Positions 1-8,587 of a stretch of 64,000 nt of DNA are shown here, in pieces. The stretch comes from Thermodesulfobacteriota bacterium. GTDB taxonomy: Bacteria > Desulfobacterota > Desulfobacteria > Desulfobacterales > SURF-7. Position 1 is the first letter of the stretch; each line of letters starts with the position of its first letter. The notes below the pieces were generated by a model. The model was not told the origin of the DNA. It did no database searches and saw nothing but the letters and a program-made list of their open reading frames with translations. The stretch covers positions 1 through 64,000 of the forward strand of contig JBMORA010000033.1 of the NCBI GenBank assembly GCA_049320885.1. The letters are read 5' to 3'. Made by a program: the position numbers and the translations under genes.

Positions 1-188
1 TTGGTTCCAAAAGCCGAAAAACTGATAAATTTTTAAAATCTTTAATCGGAAAAAATATTTTCGTTAATATAGATAAATATATTTATATGTTACACGGTTT
101 TTAAAAAAGTTAACCGGACAGCAATGGCTCCGGATTAATATTTTTAACTAATATCTCTGTAGTAATTATGATCATTGTCGTTGATCCA

Positions 189-312
189 GCATAACGACCA
201 CCATCACAGGTGAGCAGGGGTTAAGGATTTCGTAAATGAGAGTTCAACACCAAAATTGTTAGATGCCAAAGCAGCCCGCCCCTGCGAATCCTTGTGAATG
301 GTGATGTTAGGA
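189..312 (-). mobile_element. attC: integron attC site
   Basis: Minus strand TCCTAAC-atcac-CATTCACA...TGTGATG-gtggtc-GTTATGC; long imperfect hairpin with an extra base in L''. Confidence 0.8.
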
Positions 313-322
313 AAAAATTTCA

Positions 323-351
323 TTGACCTTTGCCGAGAGCGCACTTATAAT
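323..351 (+). promoter_or_regulatory. sigma70-type promoter of the AbrB/VapC TA cassette
   Basis: TTGACC-N17-TATAAT just upstream of the antitoxin. Confidence 0.65.
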
Positions 352-387
352 CTTACCAAAGTCTTACTTTGCTGTCTGGAGGTTACG

Positions 388-639
388 ATGCAAACAACGA
401 AATTATCCAGCAAGGGACAAGTTATTATACCGAAACTATTTAGAAATAGATACAATTGGAATTCAGGCCAAAAATTAAACGTTATTGACACAGGTGACGG
501 CATTCTATTGAAACCTTCTCGCCCATTCAAAAAAACCGAAATCGATCAAGTGGCTGGAATTTTAAAGCATTCAGGCAATCCGATATCGATCGATCAAATG
601 AACGAGGCGATAAAAAAGGGCGCTTTGGAGCGAAAATAG
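388..639 (+). CDS. AbrB/MazE/SpoVT-family antitoxin
   Basis: MQTTKLSSKGQVIIPK AbrB motif; GGAGG RBS; overlaps the PIN gene. Confidence 0.85.
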   Translation: MQTTKLSSKGQVIIPKLFRNRYNWNSGQKLNVIDTGDGILLKPSRPFKKTEIDQVAGILKHSGNPISIDQMNEAIKKGALERK

Positions 640-1028
640 TGATTTCGGTAGACACAAACGTCATTGTTCGCTTGCTGACCGGCGATGATCCAATACAATT
701 TGAAAGATCAAAAGCATTATTTTCGACAGACACCATTTTTATCCCCACATCCGTAGTTCTCGAATGCGAATGGGTTCTGCGATATGCCTATAACTTCAAA
801 CAGACTGAAATCACAGCTGCTTTTCAATCGTTATTTGGATTGCCAAATGTCCAGCTGGAAAATCCACATGAAATCTCCAATGCTATTGAATGGCATCAAA
901 ATGGAATGGAGTTTGCCGATGCCATTCATTTGGCTCTATCGGAAGAAGCCGAAGCATTTTTAACATTTGATAAATGTCTGATTAAAGCAGCCCTCAAAAA
1001 TACTACTATTCCGATACGAGAGCCCTAA
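639..1028 (+). CDS. vapC: VapC-family PIN-domain toxin
   Basis: VDTNVIVR, FADAIH and LTFD PIN motifs. Confidence 0.9.
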   Translation: MISVDTNVIVRLLTGDDPIQFERSKALFSTDTIFIPTSVVLECEWVLRYAYNFKQTEITAAFQSLFGLPNVQLENPHEISNAIEWHQNGMEFADAIHLALSEEAEAFLTFDKCLIKAALKNTTIPIREP

Positions 1029-1084
1029 CGCTCGGCATGAGGCGCGGCGGCTTTTTTCCGTCGCCCTCGATACCGTTGTTCTGC
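1023..1084 (-). mobile_element. attC: integron attC site
   Basis: Minus strand GCAGAAC-aacgg-TATCGAGG...CCTCATG-ccgagc-GTTAGGG hairpin. Confidence 0.8.
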
Positions 1085-1088
1085 TCAA

Positions 1089-1355
1089 CTATTCATAATG
1101 GGTCCACATACGGATTACTTTTACTATCTTTTCATTCTCTACCACTTCATAGATCAACCGGTGCTGGATATTTATTCGACGGGAATAGGCACCAGCTAAA
1201 TCTCCGACAAGTTTTTCGTAGAAAGGTGGCGTTTGATAAGGATTGTCACGTAGGATTTCGAGTAATTGCTCGGCCTTTGCTCTTAGACCATAGACGGACA
1301 ATTTTTTAGCGTCTTTTTGAGCCTGTTTTGTAAAAACAATCTTGTAATTTACCAA
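1089..1355 (-). CDS. yoeB: Txe/YoeB-family toxin
   Basis: EKLVGDLAGAYSRRINIQHRLIY...MWTHYE; TTG start overlapping the antitoxin stop. Confidence 0.9.
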   Translation of the reverse strand: MVNYKIVFTKQAQKDAKKLSVYGLRAKAEQLLEILRDNPYQTPPFYEKLVGDLAGAYSRRINIQHRLIYEVVENEKIVKVIRMWTHYE

Positions 1356-1591
1356 TCGAGTTCCTCTTTGCAATCCTCAATAGGCGTTGATAGGCCATCG
1401 CGAATAGATTCACGCATTCCCGGAATATTTAAAAGATACATAGTTTCCTGGATTGACCGCCAATCGTCCTCCGACAGGAGGATGGCATTGCCTTTTTTAC
1501 TTGTAATTACAATTGGTTCATGCGATGAGGCCGCTTGGTCGATAAGACGATATAATTTAGATCGTGCCTCGGTTGCTGATAAAGTTGGCAT
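1349..1591 (-). CDS. yefM: Phd/YefM-family antitoxin
   Basis: ATEARSKLYRLID...IQETMYLL; CGTACG-repeat palindrome upstream (about 1618-1635) is a likely operator. Confidence 0.9.
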   Translation of the reverse strand: MPTLSATEARSKLYRLIDQAASSHEPIVITSKKGNAILLSEDDWRSIQETMYLLNIPGMRESIRDGLSTPIEDCKEELDW

Positions 1592-1655
1592 AAATCACCT
1601 CACAATTTTTCCTGTAGCGTACGTTATTGCGTACGACATGTCAAGGTCCATTTTT

Positions 1656-1727
1656 GCAGAACGCATTTCTCACCGGCAGGTGTGTAGCGGCAGCGGAACA
1701 TCTGTCCGGTGAAGAAAAATGTTCTGT
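1656..1727 (-). mobile_element. attC: integron attC site
   Basis: Minus strand ACAGAAC-atttt-TCTTCACC...GGTGAGA-aatgc-GTTCTGC; its R' is the exact complement of the R'' at 1078-1084. Confidence 0.85.
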
Positions 1728-1730
1728 TTT

Positions 1731-2027
1731 CTATTGTTTCGGCAATAATGAGCCATTTAAATATTTATGAATAATGCTTGAAATAAGTGTTTGATAGGGA
1801 ATACCTTCTTCAACGGCTTTTATCTGAATTTCGTGATAATCCTTTTGGGATAAACGCAGATTGATGCGCTTTTCCTTTTTCAGAGTATTTCGCGCTGCTT
1901 CAACAGCGGCTTTTTTTTGTTGTTTTAGGTCCTTAACAGATTGCCATTCATCATTTTCAAGCGACTTCATCAGATCGCTTTCTTCCTTATCTAATGGCTC
2001 AAACGCCTTTTTATTCATTTTTTTCAT
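1731..2027 (-). CDS. CopG/BrnA-like antitoxin
   Basis: C-terminal RINLRLS...GIPYQTLISSIIHKY ribbon-helix-helix; paired with a BrnT-like gene. Confidence 0.8.
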   Translation of the reverse strand: MKKMNKKAFEPLDKEESDLMKSLENDEWQSVKDLKQQKKAAVEAARNTLKKEKRINLRLSQKDYHEIQIKAVEEGIPYQTLISSIIHKYLNGSLLPKQ

Positions 2028-2296
2028 ATTTCCCCCTTTAAACCAAAACGCTTTGTATGCTTTCGACTTGGAAAAGCTGTTTTGAGAAATATCTCATTCT
2101 CACGTTCAATAAAAGGGACGATGTAAGCATAATTTTCAATTTCCAAAATGTAGATTTTTTGATTGGGGTGTCCTGGATTTTCTTCTATTCCAAGAATGTT
2201 CCCAGCCTCAATCAGCAATGCAATTTCCTCAAAGGAAATTTCCCTTTCGGCTTTTAGCAGCTCATTTTTTTCTTGGCTCCAATTCAAATATTTCAT
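2024..2296 (-). CDS. BrnT-like toxin
   Basis: WSQEKNELLKAEREISFEEI...FLKTAFPSRK. Confidence 0.8.
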   Translation of the reverse strand: MKYLNWSQEKNELLKAEREISFEEIALLIEAGNILGIEENPGHPNQKIYILEIENYAYIVPFIERENEIFLKTAFPSRKHTKRFGLKGEI

Positions 2297-2380
2297 GATT
2301 CAAATTTAGGCCGCTGTCTGCCTTATGTCAACATCATTTATTAGGCCTTTAGGCTCGGATGGTAAGGTGCTGTATTTAGT

Positions 2381-2473
2381 GCAGAACGTTGGCGATAAGG
2401 CGCGCGGGGGGGGCAACCATGTTGACCAAAACCGCAGAGTCATAAACCCGTCGCCTTAATTGCCGTTTTATAC
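2381..2473 (-). mobile_element. attC: integron attC site with degenerate R'' box
   Basis: Minus strand GTATAAA (AAC expected)-acggc-AATTAAGG...CCTTATC-gccaac-GTTCTGC. Confidence 0.7.
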
Positions 2474-2511
2474 GCATTCGTTTCTCTTGTGCTTGGCCAA
2501 CCTACTTTCTA

Positions 2512-2697
2512 TCAATGAACTTGAATGACCTGACAGCTGTTTGGGTCAATAGCCTCTTTGCATGATGAGCATTTCCGAATCTTGTAAAATTCATCCGAGA
2601 AGACTTCAGCCTCCTGCCCGCAGATATAGCACTTAAGTCTGAATATGCGCACTTCCTTCTTTGGAGTCATGTCCATCCACTTCTTATAAGTCATCAT
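2512..2697 (-). CDS. small Zn-ribbon-like cassette protein
   Basis: 61 aa with CYIC and CSSC; AGGAGG upstream; sole ORF between two core sites. Confidence 0.65.
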   Translation of the reverse strand: MMTYKKWMDMTPKKEVRIFRLKCYICGQEAEVFSDEFYKIRKCSSCKEAIDPNSCQVIQVH

Positions 2698-2751
2698 CTA
2701 CCTGATCCTCCTTAAATCACCGAGCAATCGTTGGAGCATAGCAAGTTTGTA

Positions 2752-2790
2752 GAATAACGCATTTTTTCGCAAAACCGACTTCCGGTCCCA
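2752..2790 (-). mobile_element. attI-like core site (no attC hairpin)
   Basis: Minus strand ttttgcgaaaaaatgc-GTTATTC opens the Zn-ribbon cassette; no matching upstream R''/L'' arm seen. Confidence 0.4.
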
Positions 2791-2866
2791 GAATCAGTTG
2801 CCGGTTTTTCTGGTTTTTGCCTTCAACCCAATCCTGAAAGGGGTTTATCAGTAAGCGTTCAGCGAA

Positions 2867-4453
2867 CTACACGTTCTGCGACCAGCAATTCAGAAGAGCA
2901 GAATCAATATTCCAAGGCAAGAGATTTTTGTAATCCTGCTCGGTTTCCGTATATGGCAACTTTTCAAACAGAAAGCGGAGATATTCATACGGCCTGAGCC
3001 CATTGGCCTTGGCGGTTTCAATCAGACTGTACAGGCTTGCGCTGGCACTGGCTCCATTCGGTGATCCGGAGAACAGCCAGTTTTTTCTGCCTACCACAAA
3101 CGGCCGTATGGCGTTTTCGGCAAGATTGTTGTCCGGCCTCAAACGACCGTCATCGATATATCGGATCAGCCGGTCCCAGTTTTTAAGAGCATAATTGACG
3201 GCGATTCCCAGCAGGCCCCGGGGCGGCGTGATATCCGCTTTGATCTGCAACCATTTGTGAAACTTATCCAATATGGGTTTGGCTTCCTCTTGCCGGAGCC
3301 GATAAACGGCATCCGGATCGAGGTTCTTTTCCATGGCCTGTTTCTCAATCCGGTACAGGTCTGCGATCAGTTTCAAAGCCTTATCCGCAACTCCCTCTTT
3401 CTTTTTACCGGATTTGGCTTTGATCACTTCAAAAAATTTCCGACGGACATGCGCCCAGCAGCCCAACAGTAAAATACCGTCCTTTTTCTCCAGGGCATCA
3501 TACCCGGAATACCCATCGGTCTGGATGTACCCCCGGTACCCCTCCAGAAAGGACAAGGCTACCTGGCCCGATCGGGTGGGATGATATTGATAGAGCAATA
3601 CCGGTTTGCCCGGGTCTCCCCCGCGGTATACCCACATATACGATTTGCTGGTGTTGGACCGCCCGGGTTCCTTCAATACCTGAACCGGGGTTTCATCGAT
3701 GTTGATAAGCGGGCCGGATCGGATTTCATCCTGAAGAAGCTTCATGATCGGCTTGATCTCGTCAGCGACTTTCACCGACCAGTTGCAGAGGGTGGATCGG
3801 GGAATGTCCACCCCCATCCGCTGTAGGATTTTCTCCTGGCGGTAAAACGGCAGGGCATCTTCAAACTTGGCCACGACGATATGGGCCAGAAGGCCCGGTG
3901 TCGCGATGCTTTTGGGGATAATCTGGGGCGGAAGAGAAGCGATTTTGACCGTCGGACCGTCTCCCTCAACCCCTTCACAGTTCTTGCAGGCATATTTTTT
4001 ACGGACATACCGGATAACCTGAATCTTGGCCGGTATGATTTCAAGCTTTTCCGAGGTGTCGTTGCCGATATGGCTCAACTCGCAACCGCAACCGCAGACC
4101 TTTTCCGATTCATCAATATCCAGGACAACCTCGATGCGCGGCAGTTCTTCGGGAAGCGGCTTTCTGCCGCGTTTTTTTCTGTTATGGGCCGGAACCGCGA
4201 CCGTTTCCGGAGCATCATCCGGATCATCCGCATTCTCTTCATCAAACAACAAGAGCTGCTGCTGATCCGGTTTGGGCTGTTTTTCGGTCTTGCGGCCAAA
4301 CAGTTCTTTCTGCAAAAGACGGATGCGTTCTTCCAGAAATTCGATGCGGGATTGATTTTTTTCTTGAATGGATTGCAGCGAAAAAATGATATTTTTCAGC
4401 TCGGCGGTATCGTCCGGAAGTCTTGCCAAATCTGCATTCATGGTGAATTCCAT
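2867..4453 (-). CDS. tnpC: IS66 transposase TnpC
   Basis: LFGRKTEK, zinc finger, IDETPVQVL, GCWAHVRRKF, DNNLAENAIRP, YSLIETAKANG. Confidence 0.95.
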   Translation of the reverse strand: MEFTMNADLARLPDDTAELKNIIFSLQSIQEKNQSRIEFLEERIRLLQKELFGRKTEKQPKPDQQQLLLFDEENADDPDDAPETVAVPAHNRKKRGRKPLPEELPRIEVVLDIDESEKVCGCGCELSHIGNDTSEKLEIIPAKIQVIRYVRKKYACKNCEGVEGDGPTVKIASLPPQIIPKSIATPGLLAHIVVAKFEDALPFYRQEKILQRMGVDIPRSTLCNWSVKVADEIKPIMKLLQDEIRSGPLINIDETPVQVLKEPGRSNTSKSYMWVYRGGDPGKPVLLYQYHPTRSGQVALSFLEGYRGYIQTDGYSGYDALEKKDGILLLGCWAHVRRKFFEVIKAKSGKKKEGVADKALKLIADLYRIEKQAMEKNLDPDAVYRLRQEEAKPILDKFHKWLQIKADITPPRGLLGIAVNYALKNWDRLIRYIDDGRLRPDNNLAENAIRPFVVGRKNWLFSGSPNGASASASLYSLIETAKANGLRPYEYLRFLFEKLPYTETEQDYKNLLPWNIDSALLNCWSQNV

Positions 4454-4494
4454 AGCACAAAACCATGAATGATGGTAGTTGTTTTTTAAAAAAA

Positions 4495-4683
4495 TTATAA
4501 CAGCGTTGCATAGCTGAGCTTCTCATGCGCCCGGATCGCTCCCGGATCCAGTCCTTCCAGAAGCCAGCCCAGTTCCCGCTGATCTATTTCCAGAACATCC
4601 TCCGGATAATCCGGCCACCGGAACCGATGTTTCTCCAGACGCTTCTGCCACAGGCAGAATCCATTCCGGTCCCAGTATAATAG
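4495..4683 (-). pseudogene. tnpB: IS66 TnpB accessory protein, 5'-truncated
   Basis: LYWDRNGFCLWQKRLEK...LGWLLEG is the C-terminal half only. Confidence 0.85.
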
Positions 4684-4885
4684 GCGGTGAGCTGCGTCCA
4701 TCGGCAGGAGGAACTTCGCCATCAACGATGGATGTCGCGATCTTTTAACTGAAATGTTTCCCCAATTGGATCGAGAGTCATGTTAAAACTGCCGAAGCAA
4801 TCTCAAATCTCAGAGGCTCTCCCGCATCAATCGTTTTTCATCTGAAAGCAATCCCCTTATAAATAGTCGCTTCGAATCCGGGCTT

Positions 4886-4948
4886 TTTGAACATCGGATT
4901 GGGTCTGACCTTCGTCCCTCAGGTCAGCACAATCCTTGTGGGTTAGCC
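4886..4948 (-). mobile_element. attC: attC-like site with non-canonical spacing
   Basis: GGCTAAC overlaps the SnoaL stop and complements GTTAGCC at the cassette start; GGATTG..CTGACCT/AGGTCAG..CAATCC stem; GTTCAAA. Confidence 0.55.
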
Positions 4949-5362
4949 ATCGGCATTCTGTTCGAGCAATTGGAGCAAACCGTGAACGTCGCCAAGGACC
5001 CACAAGTCAGCAACCTTCTCACCCTTGAACGAAAAGAGAGCAGACCCCAGCCACTCAACAGGTTTGTTGGTCGGTTTGAAGCTAAAGAACTCACCCCGAT
5101 GAATGCCGGAAAAACGCATGCGCGCAAACGCCTTTGAATCCTCAACAACAAGGTCAAGTATGTCGCAGCGATAACTGGCCAGGGCGGAGTGCACAAAATC
5201 GACGTATGACCCAAACCCCTCGTGGCCGACCTTGGCCTGGCCGAGTGAGCCACGAAAAGTGAAGCCGTCACAAAGCAAGACCGGGATCTTCGATTTGTCG
5301 TGTCGGTTCCAGATGTCGGCGTAGAAGCTTTCTACGACTGCTCGAATGTGTGATGAGTTCAT
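4943..5362 (-). CDS. SnoaL-like ester cyclase / NTF2-fold protein
   Basis: FSGIHRGEFFSFKPTNKPVEW...WVLGD motif. Confidence 0.85.
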   Translation of the reverse strand: MNSSHIRAVVESFYADIWNRHDKSKIPVLLCDGFTFRGSLGQAKVGHEGFGSYVDFVHSALASYRCDILDLVVEDSKAFARMRFSGIHRGEFFSFKPTNKPVEWLGSALFSFKGEKVADLWVLGDVHGLLQLLEQNADG

Positions 5363-5367
5363 GGAAT

Positions 5368-5428
5368 GGCTAACGTATTGCTCACGGGGCGCGCGCTTTT
5401 TGCGCACCCGTGCAGCAAATTGTTGTGC
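5368..5428 (-). mobile_element. attC: integron attC site
   Basis: Minus strand GCACAAC-aattt-GCTGCACG...CGTGAGC-aatac-GTTAGCC; canonical layout. Confidence 0.9.
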
Positions 5429-5992
5429 CTATACATAGCTTTTTCTATATAGATCAGTCAAAATGTAGTTTTGAGGCAACTTATCGATAAGTGCTTCAGT
5501 CCCTTTTTCGTGACAAAAATCAAGTTCCGATTTTGTAATACCAAGGCAACAAATCACATTTGCCGGTTTGCCCTGAAAATCAAATGATGCGATTCGCTTG
5601 AACAAGAAGGCCTCAATTGTAGAACCTTCTGGAGTTGCTTCTCCAATGTCCATTGTTTCGCCATCATCTATCTCATTATCAATGGTGTAATAGGCAAGAC
5701 GGCAAATAATATCGATACCCCAATCCTCATCTTCCTGATGGGCAACTGCAAGTTCATAATTTCCATGGGAGTTAGGTTTTTGATCTTCACATCCGATCAA
5801 ATCAGTTGTCACATATAACTTCCCGTTTGTGAAGTCTGAAAAACTCACAACATCAGGACTTCCGCCAATATCCTGCCCGAGACCAAAAGGAATCATTGCG
5901 TGTAAATGTGTTTCGTCACATTTCCCAAAAGCAGATTCCAAGCCAAACATACGAGCGTCCCAAATTTCTTGCCATTCATTTTCTTCAGACAC
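5429..5992 (-). CDS. suppressor-of-fused (SUFU) domain protein
   Basis: Acidic protein with YVTTDL..YELAV..GETMDIG..LGITKSEL..TDLYRKSYV pattern; GTG start with GGAG. Confidence 0.7.
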   Translation of the reverse strand: MSEENEWQEIWDARMFGLESAFGKCDETHLHAMIPFGLGQDIGGSPDVVSFSDFTNGKLYVTTDLIGCEDQKPNSHGNYELAVAHQEDEDWGIDIICRLAYYTIDNEIDDGETMDIGEATPEGSTIEAFLFKRIASFDFQGKPANVICCLGITKSELDFCHEKGTEALIDKLPQNYILTDLYRKSYV

Positions 5993-6004
5993 ATTTTCTC
6001 CGAG

Positions 6005-6040
6005 GCACAACATATATTATTATCGAGCCGGCTCGAATAG
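6005..6040 (-). mobile_element. attI: attI-like site heading the array
   Basis: Minus strand ctcgataataatatat-GTTGTGC; complements R'' GCACAAC of the first cassette; no attC hairpin. Confidence 0.6.
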
Positions 6041-6309
6041 CCGACAAGAATTAACATTCTGTCACTTTTTCATATAAACGTAGAAAAATCCAACAAAACC
6101 ACCGAAAATCCATTAACACAATATTGCACTATTTTTCAACCCCTTATGGAAAGATCAAGCTCTTTGGCTGCTTGATGGCACGAAAATTACGTGCTTATCG
6201 AGTCGGCTTGATAATTTTTGGAAATAATTATTTTTCTGTTTACATACATCATATTGTGGTTAGATTAATATTCTAATATCAATATATTCTGCTACGAAAA
6301 TAATAATAA

Positions 6310-6410
6310 ATCAAAAAAGAGCGGGCCTTCAATGATTTTGAAAACTATTTAGAATCAAAACAAATTGTAGATAAAAAGCAGATTCCATATTATGTTTATT
6401 GGATCAAAGA
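6310..6410 (+). pseudogene. intI: probable N-terminal relic of an integron integrase
   Basis: FNDFENYLESKQIVDKKQIPYYVYWIK resembles, from memory, the N-terminus of long Desulfobacterota IntI; divergent from attI; no start codon or catalytic domain. Confidence 0.5.
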
Positions 6411-6720
6411 CTCTCGTGCAAAATTCCGGAAAGATATAGTGAATGAATTACCAAGAAGGCGCTGTTCAGAATGCAGGAGCCCGGTTTTCTCGGAAGGGAG
6501 GCCGGGTTTTCTTTTTCCGGGGGACCCTGACGGCGCTGTCCGGTCACCTGGGGGCCGGGATGGATTCCCGACCTTGTGGTCGGTCTGGAGGGTGTCGGGA
6601 TGGCCGGCGGAAACCTGGATGCCCATAACCGTCACCGGCGGCCGATCGGGTGCAGAGCGGCGGATTATTTTTTCTGGCGGCATCATTTCCGCTACTGGGT
6701 TGCTATAGAGTAGCAAAATC

Positions 6721-6760
6721 AAAAAGGGCTTAGAGGTGATTCTCTCTAAGCCCTTGTTTT
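6721..6760 (-). terminator. intrinsic terminator after the tRNA
   Basis: AAGGGCTTAGAG/CTCTAAGCCCTT stem with T runs on both sides. Confidence 0.75.
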
Positions 6761-6764
6761 TATT

Positions 6765-6838
6765 TGGCTGAGGGACAAGGATTCGAACCTTGATTAACGG
6801 GGCCAGAACCCGTCGTCCTGCCGTTAGACGATCCCTCA
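6765..6838 (-). tRNA. tRNA-Gln(CTG)
   Basis: TGAGGGA acceptor stem, ACGGG-TTCTGGC-CCCGT anticodon arm, GGTTCGAATCC, CCA end. Confidence 0.95.
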
Positions 6839-6961
6839 GAAACCTGTGGTGATCCAATACAGAAATACGTCAAAAGAGTCAATAAAAAAACCGGCTGCCA
6901 TTCCAATCCCCGGTGCTCCGAACAGCTGGAAGACGCCGGAACCGTCTATAACCATAAGGGT

Positions 6962-8353
6962 TTATGGATTTTCAATCCGTTTCAAGGCCGCCCGCAGCCG
7001 GGACAGGACAACGTCCTTCGGCAGCACGGTCATGATTTCGAAAATACCCGGGCTCACCGTGGCGCCGGTCAAGGCGACCCGCACCGGCTGGGCGATCTTG
7101 CCTAGTTTGAGGCCGGTTGCTTCCATGACCTCCTTGAAGGCTTCTTCCAGTTGCGGCTCGGAAAAGGGTTCGGTTCTTTCCAGGCGCTCGATGATCCGGC
7201 GCAACGGTTCCAGGGCCTCCTGGTTGAGGTGCTTGGCGGCCTTTTCATCCATGGGAACGGTTTCGCCGTAATAAAAACCGGCGGAATTCGCCATGTCGAT
7301 GAGGGTCTTGCTGCGCTTGTTCAGGGTTCCGATGACCTTGGCCAGATACGCGTCGGCCGCGGCCGGAATGCCCTTTTCCAGGAGAAAGGGCAGCAGATGT
7401 TCGGCCAGATTTTCCGGCGCCGCAGCCTGGATGTGGTCGGCATTCAGGGACAGCAGTTTTTCCGGATCGAAAACCCCGGCCGACCGGCCGATGTTTTCCA
7501 GGGAAAATTTTTCAATGAGTTCGCCCCGGGTGAAAAATTCCTGATCCCCGTGGGACCAGCCCAGACGCACCAGATAGTTGATCAGGGCATCGGGGAGATA
7601 GCCCATCTCCCGGTAAGCGGTCACCGACATGGCGCCATGCCGCTTGCTCAGGCGGGTGCGGTCCTTGCCCAGCACCATGGGAACATGACCGAAGGTCGGC
7701 ACGGCCGCCCCTAGCGCCTTATATAAAAGGATCTGCTTGGGAGTGTTGCTGACATGGTCATCGCCGCGGATGATGGTATTGATCCCCATGGTGATATCAT
7801 CCACCACCACGGCCAGATTGTAAATGGGCGTCCCGTCGCTCCGCTGAATGACAAAATCCTCGATATCGCTGTTCTGGAAAACGATATTCCGTTTGACCAC
7901 ATCCTCCACCACCGTGGTCCCGACCGCCGGCACCTTGAAGCGCACCACGGCGCCCGGTGTTTTGGCCAGCCCTTTCTCCCGGCAGGTGCCGTCGTACTTG
8001 GCCTTGCCGTCAGCGGCCATGCCGGCCTGGCGCATGGCCTCCACCGCCTCCTGGGTGCAGGTGCAATAATAGGCATGCCCGGTGTCCAGGAGCTTCTGGA
8101 TATATTCCTTGTGAAGGTCCACCCGCTCGGTCTGGAAATACGGCCCCTCGTCCCAATCGATTCCCAGCCATTCCAGGGCCTCCAGGATGGCGTCCACGGA
8201 CGCCTGGGTGGAACGTTCCGTATCCGTATCCTCGATCCGGAGAATGAAACGACCTTTCCGGTTGCGGGCATACAGCCAATTGAACAATGCGGTGCGGGCG
8301 CCGCCCACATGCAGGTATCCCGTGGGGCTCGGTGGGAACCGTGTGATGATCAT
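6962..8353 (-). CDS. gltX: glutamate--tRNA ligase
   Basis: RFPPSPTGYLHVGGART, RIEDTD, LSKRHG. Confidence 0.97.
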   Translation of the reverse strand: MIITRFPPSPTGYLHVGGARTALFNWLYARNRKGRFILRIEDTDTERSTQASVDAILEALEWLGIDWDEGPYFQTERVDLHKEYIQKLLDTGHAYYCTCTQEAVEAMRQAGMAADGKAKYDGTCREKGLAKTPGAVVRFKVPAVGTTVVEDVVKRNIVFQNSDIEDFVIQRSDGTPIYNLAVVVDDITMGINTIIRGDDHVSNTPKQILLYKALGAAVPTFGHVPMVLGKDRTRLSKRHGAMSVTAYREMGYLPDALINYLVRLGWSHGDQEFFTRGELIEKFSLENIGRSAGVFDPEKLLSLNADHIQAAAPENLAEHLLPFLLEKGIPAAADAYLAKVIGTLNKRSKTLIDMANSAGFYYGETVPMDEKAAKHLNQEALEPLRRIIERLERTEPFSEPQLEEAFKEVMEATGLKLGKIAQPVRVALTGATVSPGIFEIMTVLPKDVVLSRLRAALKRIENP

Positions 8354-8587
8354 TCCCTTTTTTCCTTTCCTGGTGTAGATTCGGGTAACAGGGTTGGACC
8401 TTTTCCCGAAAAGCATAAATTGTGGCTTTTATCATATTAGCCCTGGAAGCACAAGGGCCAATCCCGATGCAATCAATGAAATTTCTTGACAATCACCGGG
8501 ATTTGAAATACTAGAGTCTCTGTTTTTTATTCCCGAAAGTGGAAATACGAGATATTTATTATATATCAGTAAGTTAGGAGATACACC

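Larger units (their letters stand above)
2851..4683 (-). mobile_element. truncated IS66-family element (right end, tnpC, partial tnpB)
   Basis: GTAAGCG terminus at 2851; no tnpA or second terminus found. Confidence 0.85.

Noticed and set aside
69..95. Plus-strand attI-like site (ATAAATATATTTAT palindrome then GTTACAC)
   Set aside because: Resembles the 6005 site but lies in very AT-rich DNA at the window edge with no plus-strand cassette to support it.
4684..4885. Additional cassette ORF between IS66 and the attC-like site
   Set aside because: No convincing reading frame; probably a truncated cassette.
6396..6857. 153-aa minus-strand ORF
   Set aside because: Overlaps the tRNA and its terminator; no recognisable motifs.
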